From: Myxococcota bacterium
GTDB taxonomy: Bacteria > Myxococcota > XYA12-FULL-58-9 > JABJBS01
Direction: 5' to 3'
NCBI GenBank assembly: GCA_036339465.1
Contig: JAYZAY010000067.1
Coordinates: forward strand, 66,638 to 130,637
DNA: 64,000 nucleotides
Each line of letters starts with the position of its first letter. Position 1 is the first letter of the stretch. Shown piece after piece: positions 11,346 to 21,800 of this stretch. Below the pieces are notes generated by a model. The model saw only the letters and a program-made list of their open reading frames with translations. It did not search any database and had not been told where the DNA came from. The position numbers were made by a program, and so were the translations under genes.

Positions 11346-12047
11346 CTAAACCTTCGAAGCCCCCACCAACATCCCTAAAATCAAGAGCTGCCCGGTAGCC
11401 TGCATGCCCCCCCGTCCAAAAACATGAACGGCAGCACCAAAACGAGCAGAAAAATTGTTGCACGTTTCTCTCACGCCCTCAGTTGACAACCCCCAGACCC
11501 AAACCGCTCATCTGAGCGCCCCCAAGCATTATCTCATCGAACCAGCCCATCCTCATTTCGCGAAACTAACGTCTGAAATTGACACGAAATATCATCACAC
11601 AAAATACAATATTTAATCGTCATACTCGGGACCTCTTCTAGGTGGAAAAAGGTGCTAAAAGAATCGACACAGCGACTCTAAGACCCAAGCTCCTTGAATC
11701 ACAACAGCCTTGAACAATGGCTCAAGACCAACCGCCGAGCCGCAGGATGAATGACCACCCTCGGAACAGTGAATCATTTAAGTTTTAAGTGAAAGATTGT
11801 ATCAAAATACACTGCTAAGGGGAGCAAATCGAAAACAGAGTTCGGTCCTCACGAGTATTAAGCGTGGTTAATCTCCACAACGCTTGGGCCCCTACAAATG
11901 GTGATAAACTGCTTCAAGACTGATCGTCTTCACTAAGCGGTGAACCGTATTACACTACCCTTAGGTGCTATTTCACGCTGATTGGCGTGAAGAGCCGCAT
12001 TAGAGCATTCGCGTATACACGAGAAAAACTCACGCGTTTGTTGGTCA

Positions 12048-13502
12048 TCAATCAACAATTCCCCCAACGAGGTCGTAGTCACTGGAGTCTTCGATTTGTA
12101 CTTTCACCACTTGCCCCACCGTGGCCTGGCCATCATTGATAAGCGTGATCCCATCAATCTCAGGAGCTTGTCCCTTGTGACGCCCCTGTAAAAGAAGGTC
12201 GGTTTCATCGCTTACCCCCTCCACGAGAACCTCTAGGGTTTTTCCATGCAGCGACTCCTGATAGCCCCTTGAAATATCTTGCTGAATTGCCAACAGTCTC
12301 GCCCTTCGGTTATCCGCCAACTCCCTAGGAACCTGGTCTGCAAAATCCGCTGCTGGTGTGTCCGCTTCAGGGGAGTAAGAAAAGACACCCATTTGCTCAA
12401 ATCGAAGCTCTTCCACCAAACGGCACAATTCACCAAAATCTGCCTCAGTTTCACCGGGCAAACCGGTAATGAAAGTCGTTCGTAGCGTGAGCTCGGGTAT
12501 CCGCTGACGCAGTTTTCGCAAAAGCTGCCAAGTTGCATCGCCTCCCTTTCCGCGGCGCATCGCACGTAAAATACGATCCGAAATATGCTGAAGAGGCATA
12601 TCAAGGTAGGGTAGGATGTATTGTGATTCCCCCATGACCTTAATGACTTCATCCGTTAGTCCCTTAGGGTAGGCGTAAAGACACCGAATCCACAAGGGTC
12701 CTTGAGATTCTTCCCCCACGCGATTGAGCTCTCGCAAAAGCCGGCCCAATGACTCCCCATCATCTCGATCCCTGCCAAACGCACAAAGATCCTGAGCAAT
12801 CAAATTGAGCTCTACTGCCCCCGCTTCGCGAAGCCTCCATGCTTCTTCCACAATATCCGCAATAGTGCGAGAACGTTGGGGCCCTCGAAGCTTGGGAATA
12901 ATACAAAAAGCGCAGGTATTTGAACAACCTTCGGAAATCTTAAGGTACTGAGAATAGGATGCCTGCGTGGGAAGCCGCGGTGATTTCGAATTAAGCTGGT
13001 AGGTTGGATCCGGAATATAGATCTCTTTACCATCCACCCGTTCAGTGTAACGATAAGGAACCAACTTATTCGCACCCCGCAACCGCGGGTGGTCCTTAAG
13101 AATGGGCAATGAACGTATTCCCGTCGCCGGCATTTCTCGTTGCTCAGTCGCCCCCAAAACCTGGGCAATCTCTTGAAAATTCCCGGTGCCGAGAAAATGG
13201 TCAACACTGGGAATTTCCTTCGCCAGGTCAGGCGCATACCTCTGACTCAAACATCCCGTTACAACCAACTTTTGGCACCGACCATTGGCCTTGTAGTCTT
13301 CCATCTCCAAAATCGTGTCGATTGATTCTTCCTTGGCCGCGTCAATAAATCCACACGTATTTACAACGATAACATCTGCATCTTCCGGACTCGTGGTGTG
13401 CTCATAACCCGCCGCGCGCATCTGCCCAAGCATCACTTCACTGTCCACCCTATTTTTCGGACACCCCAGAGAGATAAGATGAACCTTTTCTTGTTGGGCC
13501 AT
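12048..13502 (-). CDS. rimO: Ribosomal protein S12 methylthiotransferase RimO
   Basis: SLGCPKNRVDSE, VNTCGFIDAAKEES, CSNTCAFC radical-SAM motif, YLDMPLQH, QAPEIDG, TRAM domain. True start is ATG 13502; the ORF-track extension runs through a tRNA. Confidence 0.96.
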   Translation of the reverse strand: MAQQEKVHLISLGCPKNRVDSEVMLGQMRAAGYEHTTSPEDADVIVVNTCGFIDAAKEESIDTILEMEDYKANGRCQKLVVTGCLSQRYAPDLAKEIPSVDHFLGTGNFQEIAQVLGATEQREMPATGIRSLPILKDHPRLRGANKLVPYRYTERVDGKEIYIPDPTYQLNSKSPRLPTQASYSQYLKISEGCSNTCAFCIIPKLRGPQRSRTIADIVEEAWRLREAGAVELNLIAQDLCAFGRDRDDGESLGRLLRELNRVGEESQGPLWIRCLYAYPKGLTDEVIKVMGESQYILPYLDMPLQHISDRILRAMRRGKGGDATWQLLRKLRQRIPELTLRTTFITGLPGETEADFGELCRLVEELRFEQMGVFSYSPEADTPAADFADQVPRELADNRRARLLAIQQDISRGYQESLHGKTLEVLVEGVSDETDLLLQGRHKGQAPEIDGITLINDGQATVGQVVKVQIEDSSDYDLVGGIVD

Positions 13503-13630
13503 GAAATCTTGCCTTCCCGATACGACTTTTACGCATCGGCGATTGAGAATCACGCCTCTAATAATGAACACGTTCGGAGGTTTCTGATTCGTTCTTGAGA
13601 TAGAGTCACCACCCATGTCGTTAGCATGAA

Positions 13631-13715
<85 letters not shown>

Positions 13716-13728
13716 AGCGTTACGGGGC

Positions 13729-13756
13729 TACTTATCCAATTCTAAACGGATGTCAA
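13729..13756 (-). promoter_or_regulatory. sigma70-type promoter for tRNA-Leu (and probably rimO)
   Basis: TTGACA-N16-TAAGTA followed by a GC-rich discriminator (gccccg) just before the tRNA. Confidence 0.6.
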
Positions 13757-13978
13757 CGGAATTTCAGTGTGGAAATAGCTGGAAAAATCATTGACCCTTC
13801 GAAGAAAATGCAAGATTTCATTTGGCATGAGATTGTTGCCCCCTATCCTACTATCATGTTTACTGATTTCCACGAACTGTTGGTGTGGGGCCGATGGCCC
13901 ACCAAAGCCGGCTCCACAGATAAAAGAGTCGCTCACCAGTCATTCTGTCGAACAAAAATCTAACCCTGAGGAGTCATA

Positions 13979-14686
13979 ATGCAGGGCGGTCCAATGAGTT
14001 TTTTAGAACAACTTCCTCCAACTGGCCCAGTCACAAAATGGCTTTGCGGTCTAAGCCTAGCCGTGTCTTTAGTGGGCTCTGTCACTCAGCGAAAACTGGG
14101 CATCGGAGTCAATGAACTGATCTTCTCGGCTCCCCATATCTTGGATTTGGAATTGTGGCGCCTTTTTACTTTCCCACTCATTGAGAGAAGTCCATTGGGA
14201 CTGCTCATCGGTCTTTTGATCTTTTGGCTTTTTGGAAGAAGCTTCGAAGCCAAATGGGGCAGCCAGCATTTCTTGAAATTCATTGCCCTCAGCTCAATAG
14301 GGGCAGCCATCATCGCTGTACCCATGAGTTATCTGATCTCGGCTATCTTACCCTTTCGAGATCCGGGGGTCGCCGAAGGATTCACTCCAGCCATCGATGC
14401 AATCTTAATGCATCTAGCTCTGGTTCTACCCGGTGGAAAGATCCTCATGGGATTCGTATTACCCATGAACATTCGCACCACAATCTATCTGTTGCTTGGC
14501 ATTCAATTGATCTTCGGCATTCAAACTGGCGCCGCATCTCTCAGCACGACCGTTGGGGGAATTGCAATGGGGTACCTACTGACCACTGGTAACTGGCGGC
14601 CGAGGCGATGGTTCCGCAAGCCACAGAGAAAGACAAAGCCTGATTTATACGTTGTTCGTCCCCCAAACGATCATACTCTTCACTAA
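13979..14686 (+). CDS. Rhomboid-superfamily membrane protein, apparently lacking the Ser-His dyad
   Basis: ELWRLFT (WR motif), FGRSFEAKWGSQHF, about 6 TM segments; GxSG replaced by EGFTPA and AHLGG by TTVGG. GAGGAG SD. Confidence 0.8.
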   Translation: MQGGPMSFLEQLPPTGPVTKWLCGLSLAVSLVGSVTQRKLGIGVNELIFSAPHILDLELWRLFTFPLIERSPLGLLIGLLIFWLFGRSFEAKWGSQHFLKFIALSSIGAAIIAVPMSYLISAILPFRDPGVAEGFTPAIDAILMHLALVLPGGKILMGFVLPMNIRTTIYLLLGIQLIFGIQTGAASLSTTVGGIAMGYLLTTGNWRPRRWFRKPQRKTKPDLYVVRPPNDHTLH

Positions 14687-14704
14687 ACCCTATTCCCCAA
14701 AACG

Positions 14705-15871
14705 CTACTTCGTGAGGTGGCAACCTATATTTTCGCGGATATCATAATAAAGCTCGGAAGTTCCAAACCGCACCAAATCAGCCATTTCGGCCTCAAGCTC
14801 TGCCTCCAACATCACGTCGCTATCTTCAACTCTCGCCGAATCATAATATAACTTCAGAGCCTGTTTGGCCTCCTCAATGTCGCCGGTAAATACGAGTGAA
14901 AGTTTATTCGCGCGACTAAGTTCTTGGCGAATCCATTTTCGAACATCGTCAAGTGAAATCACCTCCAAAAACCTATTGGCTGAATCAATTAAATCCTGTG
15001 GGTGCGTTTGCTCATAAACACCTCTTAAGCGACCAAGCCAATCCTGAACGACAACATCTTCCTCCGACTCTAATTGACCAGAAATCAATCCCGCCAACGT
15101 ATGTAGAGCATTGTGGAGATCCCGACTTGTAATTCCTTGTAAATACCCCCGTTTTAGGCGATTTAAGGCAATCGCTCTCCCCGCGAGAAAGAGAACACGA
15201 CCCAATTCGGGCTCACGATAACTTGTAGCCCCCAGTAATATGCGCCGATCATCACCACAAATTGCCCGAACTTCGTAAGTCCCTGCGCGCCAAAGATAAA
15301 TGGGCACACCGCCTTCACTCATCAAGATATCATTGGCAAAAGATATTCCCTGGGCGATCGGTTCCACCGGCTCGAGCATATCCCGTTCTCCAATGCTCTT
15401 GCGAACCAAACCGAATACAAACTGACAAAGTTCAGATTCACCTGAATCAGCGAGCAAGCCTATGTCTGGGTACGCATCCTTTCCGCAAATCAATTGAAAA
15501 TCGGAGAGATTCAAGGAACTCGTTCCCTTCCAAGATCTCGATTTTCTGTGTGTCTGCAGATAACCTTTTGCCTCATTATCGTCTGCGCTCACACTCAATA
15601 TCGCCGAATAGTATGAATATGCCCGCTCCCGTTTGCCCATATTCTCTGAAATTCGTCCCAAAAACCTGAGCACTTCGAAACTCTCTGGCTCCAAAAGTAA
15701 CAAACTCTCATAAATACCCATCGCAATCAGGTCATTATTTTCGTCCTGAGCTAATTTACTGGCAATTTCCCTAAAACGATTCGGTTCAGTCCAAATCCAG
15801 TCATGAACCCGTGCCTTCCACCGCCGCGCGCTTTCCAAATCCCTAAGCTCATTGCGATAAATATCAATCAT
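14705..15871 (-). CDS. C-terminal module of giant TPR protein (in frame with upstream ORF)
   Basis: TPR-like segment, then LFLAGR, W...RANKLSLVFTGD and DLVRFGTSELYYDIR. Same frame as 15899..27283, separated by one TGA and 9 sense codons. Confidence 0.75.
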   Translation of the reverse strand: MIDIYRNELRDLESARRWKARVHDWIWTEPNRFREIASKLAQDENNDLIAMGIYESLLLLEPESFEVLRFLGRISENMGKRERAYSYYSAILSVSADDNEAKGYLQTHRKSRSWKGTSSLNLSDFQLICGKDAYPDIGLLADSGESELCQFVFGLVRKSIGERDMLEPVEPIAQGISFANDILMSEGGVPIYLWRAGTYEVRAICGDDRRILLGATSYREPELGRVLFLAGRAIALNRLKRGYLQGITSRDLHNALHTLAGLISGQLESEEDVVVQDWLGRLRGVYEQTHPQDLIDSANRFLEVISLDDVRKWIRQELSRANKLSLVFTGDIEEAKQALKLYYDSARVEDSDVMLEAELEAEMADLVRFGTSELYYDIRENIGCHLTK

Positions 15872-15898
15872 CTTCAGAGCGGTTTCTATTCCTTCGCT

Positions 15899-18800
15899 TC
15901 AACTTTCATACCTCTCAAGAAGCTTCTCTCCATAAGCAACAACTCTTCCATGCTGTCCCAAAACCTCAGCGGCCTTGAATCCATATTCATAAATCGAATG
16001 ATTTAAAGCTAAGATTTCTTGGGAAAGCTCGATGACCTCCACAACAAGCTCGTAGTCTTCAAGTTCTATCGCAGCAATCTGAACCACTCGCTCAATCAGA
16101 TTCGCATCAATCGAAGAAAAGTCACGACAGATTCTTAGGAATGGAATAGCAGAATAGACAAAGTCCAGATGGAGCCCTGCTTCGTCGTAACGCTTCATCC
16201 TGGTGTGATGGATCCTTGCACTCTCTGGTAATTTTCGAAGAGCTTCGTTCATACCAACAATCGCAATTTCTAACTCTCCCATCTCATCCGCAGCAAGGCG
16301 ATCGAGCAACAGATATAGCTCCTCTAGGCGCCCTAAATCTTGGGTTAGAGGGATCTCACGACTCACGACTTCGAGTGCAGATTCCCAACGGCCCTCTTCC
16401 AAATAGATACGGCGCAAATGACCTAAAATTTCCAAGTCAGAAGAGCCTTCTCCTGAATTCTCGACAGCATCTTTAAGGATTCCCTCTGCCGAAACAAGAT
16501 CCCCATCATCGAGATACAAACACGCAAGCTGCTTGATTCGATAAACCGGGCGACCACCGGTTACGCTATCGCCTTCCCAAAATGACAAGTAAGCGATAAG
16601 AGTCTCCACGAGCGCTTTCCTCAGCCCCAAGGCCTCTTCTGCAGAGGCCCGTAATTCTAGGATACGAGCCGTGGCCTTAAAGCGGCCCATAAATTCGTCT
16701 ACCACCTCAATCGCATCAGCAAACATCTCCATAGAAACATAACACTCACAAAGACTGCAAAGGAGGGTTGCGTCCATCAAGCCTGGAGCATCCTTCCTCA
16801 AGGGCTCTAACCAGAAAATCGCGTCAATATGGATGCCTTCAGCAAAAGAAATCTCCCCCAGCCACCTTCGAAGCTCAATATTCGATGGGTCTTGCTCAAA
16901 CGCTTTGTTTAAGTGCTTCCTCGCATTCCGTGCATCCCCAAATCTCTCCCAATAAAGCTGGCCTATTTCAACGGAAAGCGCATGGCCTTCTGTTACTTGG
17001 TCAAAAGAGTCCACGATATACTCTAATAGCTCTAGATATCTCTCAAAATTCGCCGTTTCGAGATAATAGTTCCGCAGGAACTTGAGGGCCTCATCATAGA
17101 GTAACACACCACTTGGCGCTCGGATTGCGAATTCATAAGCGGCGGCGGCTTCCCTGAGATTTCCACAAAACTGCTGCACATAAGCAAGAACATAGAAATA
17201 GCGAGAGTGACCAGAACTCGGCTGAGAATTGACCCACCCCCTGAGATGCTCAAGTTGCAAGGCCAATTGATCAATTAGTTCTGTTGAGTCTTCAACATCC
17301 TCCAATCGTATTGAAAGAAAAACCTCATTCAACCTGAGCTCAAAGCCCTCATCGGAAAGACTCTTATTTGACCGGCAAAGCCCACGAGCCCTCAAATAAT
17401 TGTGACGCTTGATCTCATACTCAACCAATTCAACAGAAAAGAAATAGTGCTCAGTGCGCGTCAAGCCAATGGGAGAATCAATCAACCGATTTAACAACCC
17501 ATAACGTTCATCAGGAGATAAATTATCATAATCGTAATGATAGCGGTCCGCGTAAGCAGGGGCTGAATTTGGAAAACGGGCGCCAATAAAAGTTCTCACT
17601 TCAACCAATAACTCATCGGACAAAGCCTGAGAGTTTCTGATATCGCAGACCAAACTCAATTCACTATCCAAAAAAGTTCTCCCCTCCTTAATTAATTGTA
17701 ACCCTTCCGCAATTCGATTCATCGCAATGAGCCGCGTCGCAAGCTTAGTCCCTGCCTCCGAAGGCTCACCCGCAATTTTCATCGCCTTCTCAAGAAAATC
17801 CTGAACAAGTTCAAAGGATTCTATTTGTTCGTCTGCAATATCGGCCGCCAGCAAAAAAGAGTGGTACTGTTCTTCTGGAGCTTCGAACCGAACAGCTCGG
17901 AGCTCCAAAAGTCGGACCATTTCCCCAAAATCTGCCTGACGAGAGGCGACAGAGAGACACTCATTGACCAACTCTAGTGTCCCATAAGGACCGTTTACGA
18001 GATCCCAATAATACGGTAAAGAATCTGCTTCTCTGTCCAAGCGACCCAGTAAATCAAAAAGAGCATCGGCCAACTGAACCGAGGGATAAGAGGCAAACAG
18101 GCCCTCTAATAGAGCAACCGCTTCAGTTGTATTGCCAAAGACCTCTTCCCAAACCTGAGCATAATAAAGACCAACCTGCTCTCGGTCGTAGTTATCAAAG
18201 GCAAGATTCATGCGTTCCAAAAGAAGAGCCTTGAACATTTCATTGCTCTTTAAATTTACCGCAAAACCTAAGCCCCTATCGACAAACTCAATAGAAACAA
18301 AACCGAGCGCGAACAAAGCTTCCAGATGCCTCTTCGCGTCACCAAACAACTGCCTGGATTCATAATAATCAAAGAGCCATCGGCTTTTTTCTCTCTTTTC
18401 ATCGTCGTCCCACACTGACTCTAGATTCAGGATTTCATGGTGACGCAATTGCGCAAGTTCAAACCATTGCTGGCGTTTGATGAGGATATCCTGGCGATAA
18501 GCCACCAACTCTCTCGACCTTTGAAGCAACTCGATCCTATCCAGGATTTCCCAAGCGCTATCGTAATCAGGTTTTTGGAGCTTTAACTTCACAAGTTCCA
18601 GATAGCGCTCCATCGCCTCATCAAGGTCACCCTCGTGTCTGTCACCAACTTTCAAGTACGATTCCAAGATCTGCTCGCGGTCTGCCCCCTCAAGTAAGCG
18701 AAACCCCAAATCGTAAAAATCTGAACTTCGATTTCCTTTGTCCCAAGCAATCAAAATAGCGGCGCGGGCTTCGGCCAACAGTCCAACTTCCTCAAAAATC

Positions 18801-21800
18801 CTCCCAGCTTCAAAAGCAAATTCCGACCACACCAATACATCGGGATGCTCTTGAGCCACAAGAAGCTGAATCTCCGCACTTAAAGTGGGCTCTTCTGCTT
18901 CCAATAGCATTCCCAAGCGCATCTTATCCTCGATACTACTCGCCCCCACGCTGTTCAAAGCCAGAAGACCATCAACAACCAAGCTTAGACGACCTTCATA
19001 CTCAACCTGACAAATAAAATCCCTGATAAGATTGGTAGGAAGAAGCGCAAGAGCGTCTTGGAGTTGACTACCCTCTAAACCATCGGTCAAGTCGGTCAAC
19101 TCCCCAGCCTCTAAACCGGCCGCCAGTATCACCTGTTGAAGGCTTGCTGGTAGCTCTGTAAATAACAATCCTTCCACCAGCCCCAACACCTTGGTCGGCT
19201 CATGTAACCGTTCCAAATACAAATGCCCTAACCGTTCGGCTATCTCAGCCGAAACACGATTCTCACCAAGAGCTCTGACCCGTACCAATTCCTTCTCAAG
19301 AATTTCGGCCGATTCCCTCCACGCATTGAAGCTCTCTAAAGACTCGAGCACTAAATCGACAGAGTCGTCGGAAGTCTCGTAGACCCTTCGCCAAGATTGA
19401 ATGGCATAACCTGGTTCGCCGATTTCTGTAAAAGTGAAAGCCACTTCTTGCCAAAAATCTGCGTCGCATTCAGGCCAATGAGACGCCAGATCAAAACACC
19501 GCCCTCGAATATCACTTGCCGGTTCCGAAGCTTCCAAGAGAGGTACAATCCAATGGCGAGCTTCTGCCCCCAAAATTTCAATTGCTTCTCTCCGGAGATT
19601 CTCTCGCTCATACTCCCCTCGACTGATTTCATTTTCGAAATCCGTAACACAGGCTGGAGCGATTCGATGGGCTTGTTGGAGTAATGAGAGTCCCTCATCA
19701 AAGCGCCCCAGGGTCCACCACATCAATCGGCCCGCAACGCGGAACCAATAAGCTGCCCTGACCTCCTTGTCCCCCTCTGCCAGTAATTTCGCGTCTGCTA
19801 CCGCCCGTTCAAAGTCATCTCCGGCCAAAGACAACGTATAACTAAGTTCTATCCAGCTGGTTGACCGCTCATTTGGAGGGATCTGCTCGAGTTCATCGCG
19901 TGCTGCCGTGAGACGCCCGAGATGCGTCAAGATTTCCACTCGCTCCATGTGCAAGGAAGTGTGATCTTCCCCCACTACCTCTAAAAGCTCGGACAATACC
20001 TCCAGTAATTGTTCAAACCACTCATATTTCTTGTAGATCCGGTGACGCCACCGCGTCCCTCTGGCAAGATCTTGGCGGGTAAGTGCCCAGGCGTAACTCA
20101 AAACTTTCTCAAACAAGCCAGCATCGTCGATTTGACTTTGAATTCCAACCTCTAAAATATGCTTGCTGAACTTCGTCTCCAGATTATATTCCAGTACGAT
20201 ATCGGCTAAGCGCGAGAACCAGTCTTCGATATTAAAATGGGACACAATCGTGTGCATGGAGTCGAGATTATCCGAGTTCAGCAAATTGATATTCGCAAAA
20301 TCACGTTCTAATTCGGAAATAGACTCGGGTGCTTCAAATGCGTCCGGACACCCCAAGGCAATCCAGCGCGCCAGCCCCTGGAGACGAATCACTGATGCAT
20401 TCGACCGAGAGATCTTGCCTCCCCAGCTCCACTGCCATATCGCAAGTTCGAGTTCTAAGTTCGCGCCGGTCCAACATTGAGAAATTTCCGCCCAATCACG
20501 CAAAGTATCCGTGGAATTCTCTAACCCTGCCCCATAGCATTCTCGGGCACTCGAATAATTCTTACGACGAATTGCCGCCCTCGCTGCATCAATCCAGCGG
20601 TTGGCCGGAAGCTCCAAAGAAAATTCACGTAATCTAAATAGGTTCCCAAAATGCGCTTCCTCAATACTTCTTCCCAAGAAAATATCTAATTCCTCGATGG
20701 AAATTTCGTCAAGATGCTCTAAGCATTCATAGACAACTTGCGCATGTTCAAGATCACCCGCAGCCAATTCCAAGACTCGCCGCCAAGCCATCTCTGAGCT
20801 TTCCGAACGCGCTAACAATAAGGCCCAGCGAACAGAGTCTCCAATGAATCCATCATTCAAGGCGTGTGCTAAAAGTAGATTCAGGGTGTTTTCACTCGGC
20901 GTTACTTCAGTGGCAATTTCAGAAGCTCGCCCGTAGCGACCGATTTCAAGAGCTAGGCGGATCATAACGTCACGGGTCGCTCTATAATCGTCCTGTTGCT
21001 CTAGAAGGGTGGGCAGCGCCCGCTCATACCAAAATAGACTGCGGGAATTTTCTCCAAGATCTGCCAAAGCCAAGGCATATCTCGACAGGATGGTTCCGGG
21101 ATCGCTATGTAGCGGAAAAAATCTTTCCAAAACATCAAAATCTCGATTCACAACCAAGGCATAATCGAAAAACCTTTCAATCAAGACATCCCGCTCAGCT
21201 CCAAGGGCGCGTTTGATCGCTCCAGAGAGGATCTCCTTCAAACCCGCCGTATGTCCGACCTGCATCAGGAATTCAAAAGTATAGAGGGTAAGCTCAAAAT
21301 CAAAGTTCGCCGTTTTTAGAAGGCCAAGAACCTGACCAACCCCGCCGGCACAAGAAAGGATTTTTTCTAAAGAAAATTGAAAGAGTTCACGTGAAATTGA
21401 CTCTTCATTGTCTTGTTGGCCTCGCGAGAGAAAAGAAAGTCCCTCCGTCACCTCACACAGCTTAAATGCCTGCTTGGCCAAAATCTCAAAATCGACTTTA
21501 TCCCGAGCACAGTGTTTGGAGAATTGTTGTAATTCCTCTTTCGTGGCTGCTTGCTCTCCACCCCATTCTAGAATTGGTTTCGCAACAGAGGCAGGTATGG
21601 GGCTTTCGCAATCAGGAGATAAACTCAGAAAAGCCTGCCAAGCTTTACCGGGCTCATCCTTAACCAACCAGTACTCCAAAAATTGCAAATACTGAGATGA
21701 TTTTCTGGGTAGCTTTGCCTCAAATTGTTCAGCATAGACTACGTTCTCAATTTGTAATGCCGTGGAGATTCCTTGAATCAGGAGAGCTGGGTCGCATAAG

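Noticed and set aside
10889..11463. ORFs 10889..11188 and 11212..11463 as independent small genes
   Set aside because: They are better explained as fragments of the decayed histidine kinase.
15872..15901. Selenocysteine or genetic-code reassignment as the explanation for the in-frame TGA
   Set aside because: TGA ends conserved genes at their normal C-termini here (yeaH, rimO, atpG, E1). The site is not a redox motif, and only a weak 4-bp AGCG/CGCT pairing follows, not a convincing SECIS.
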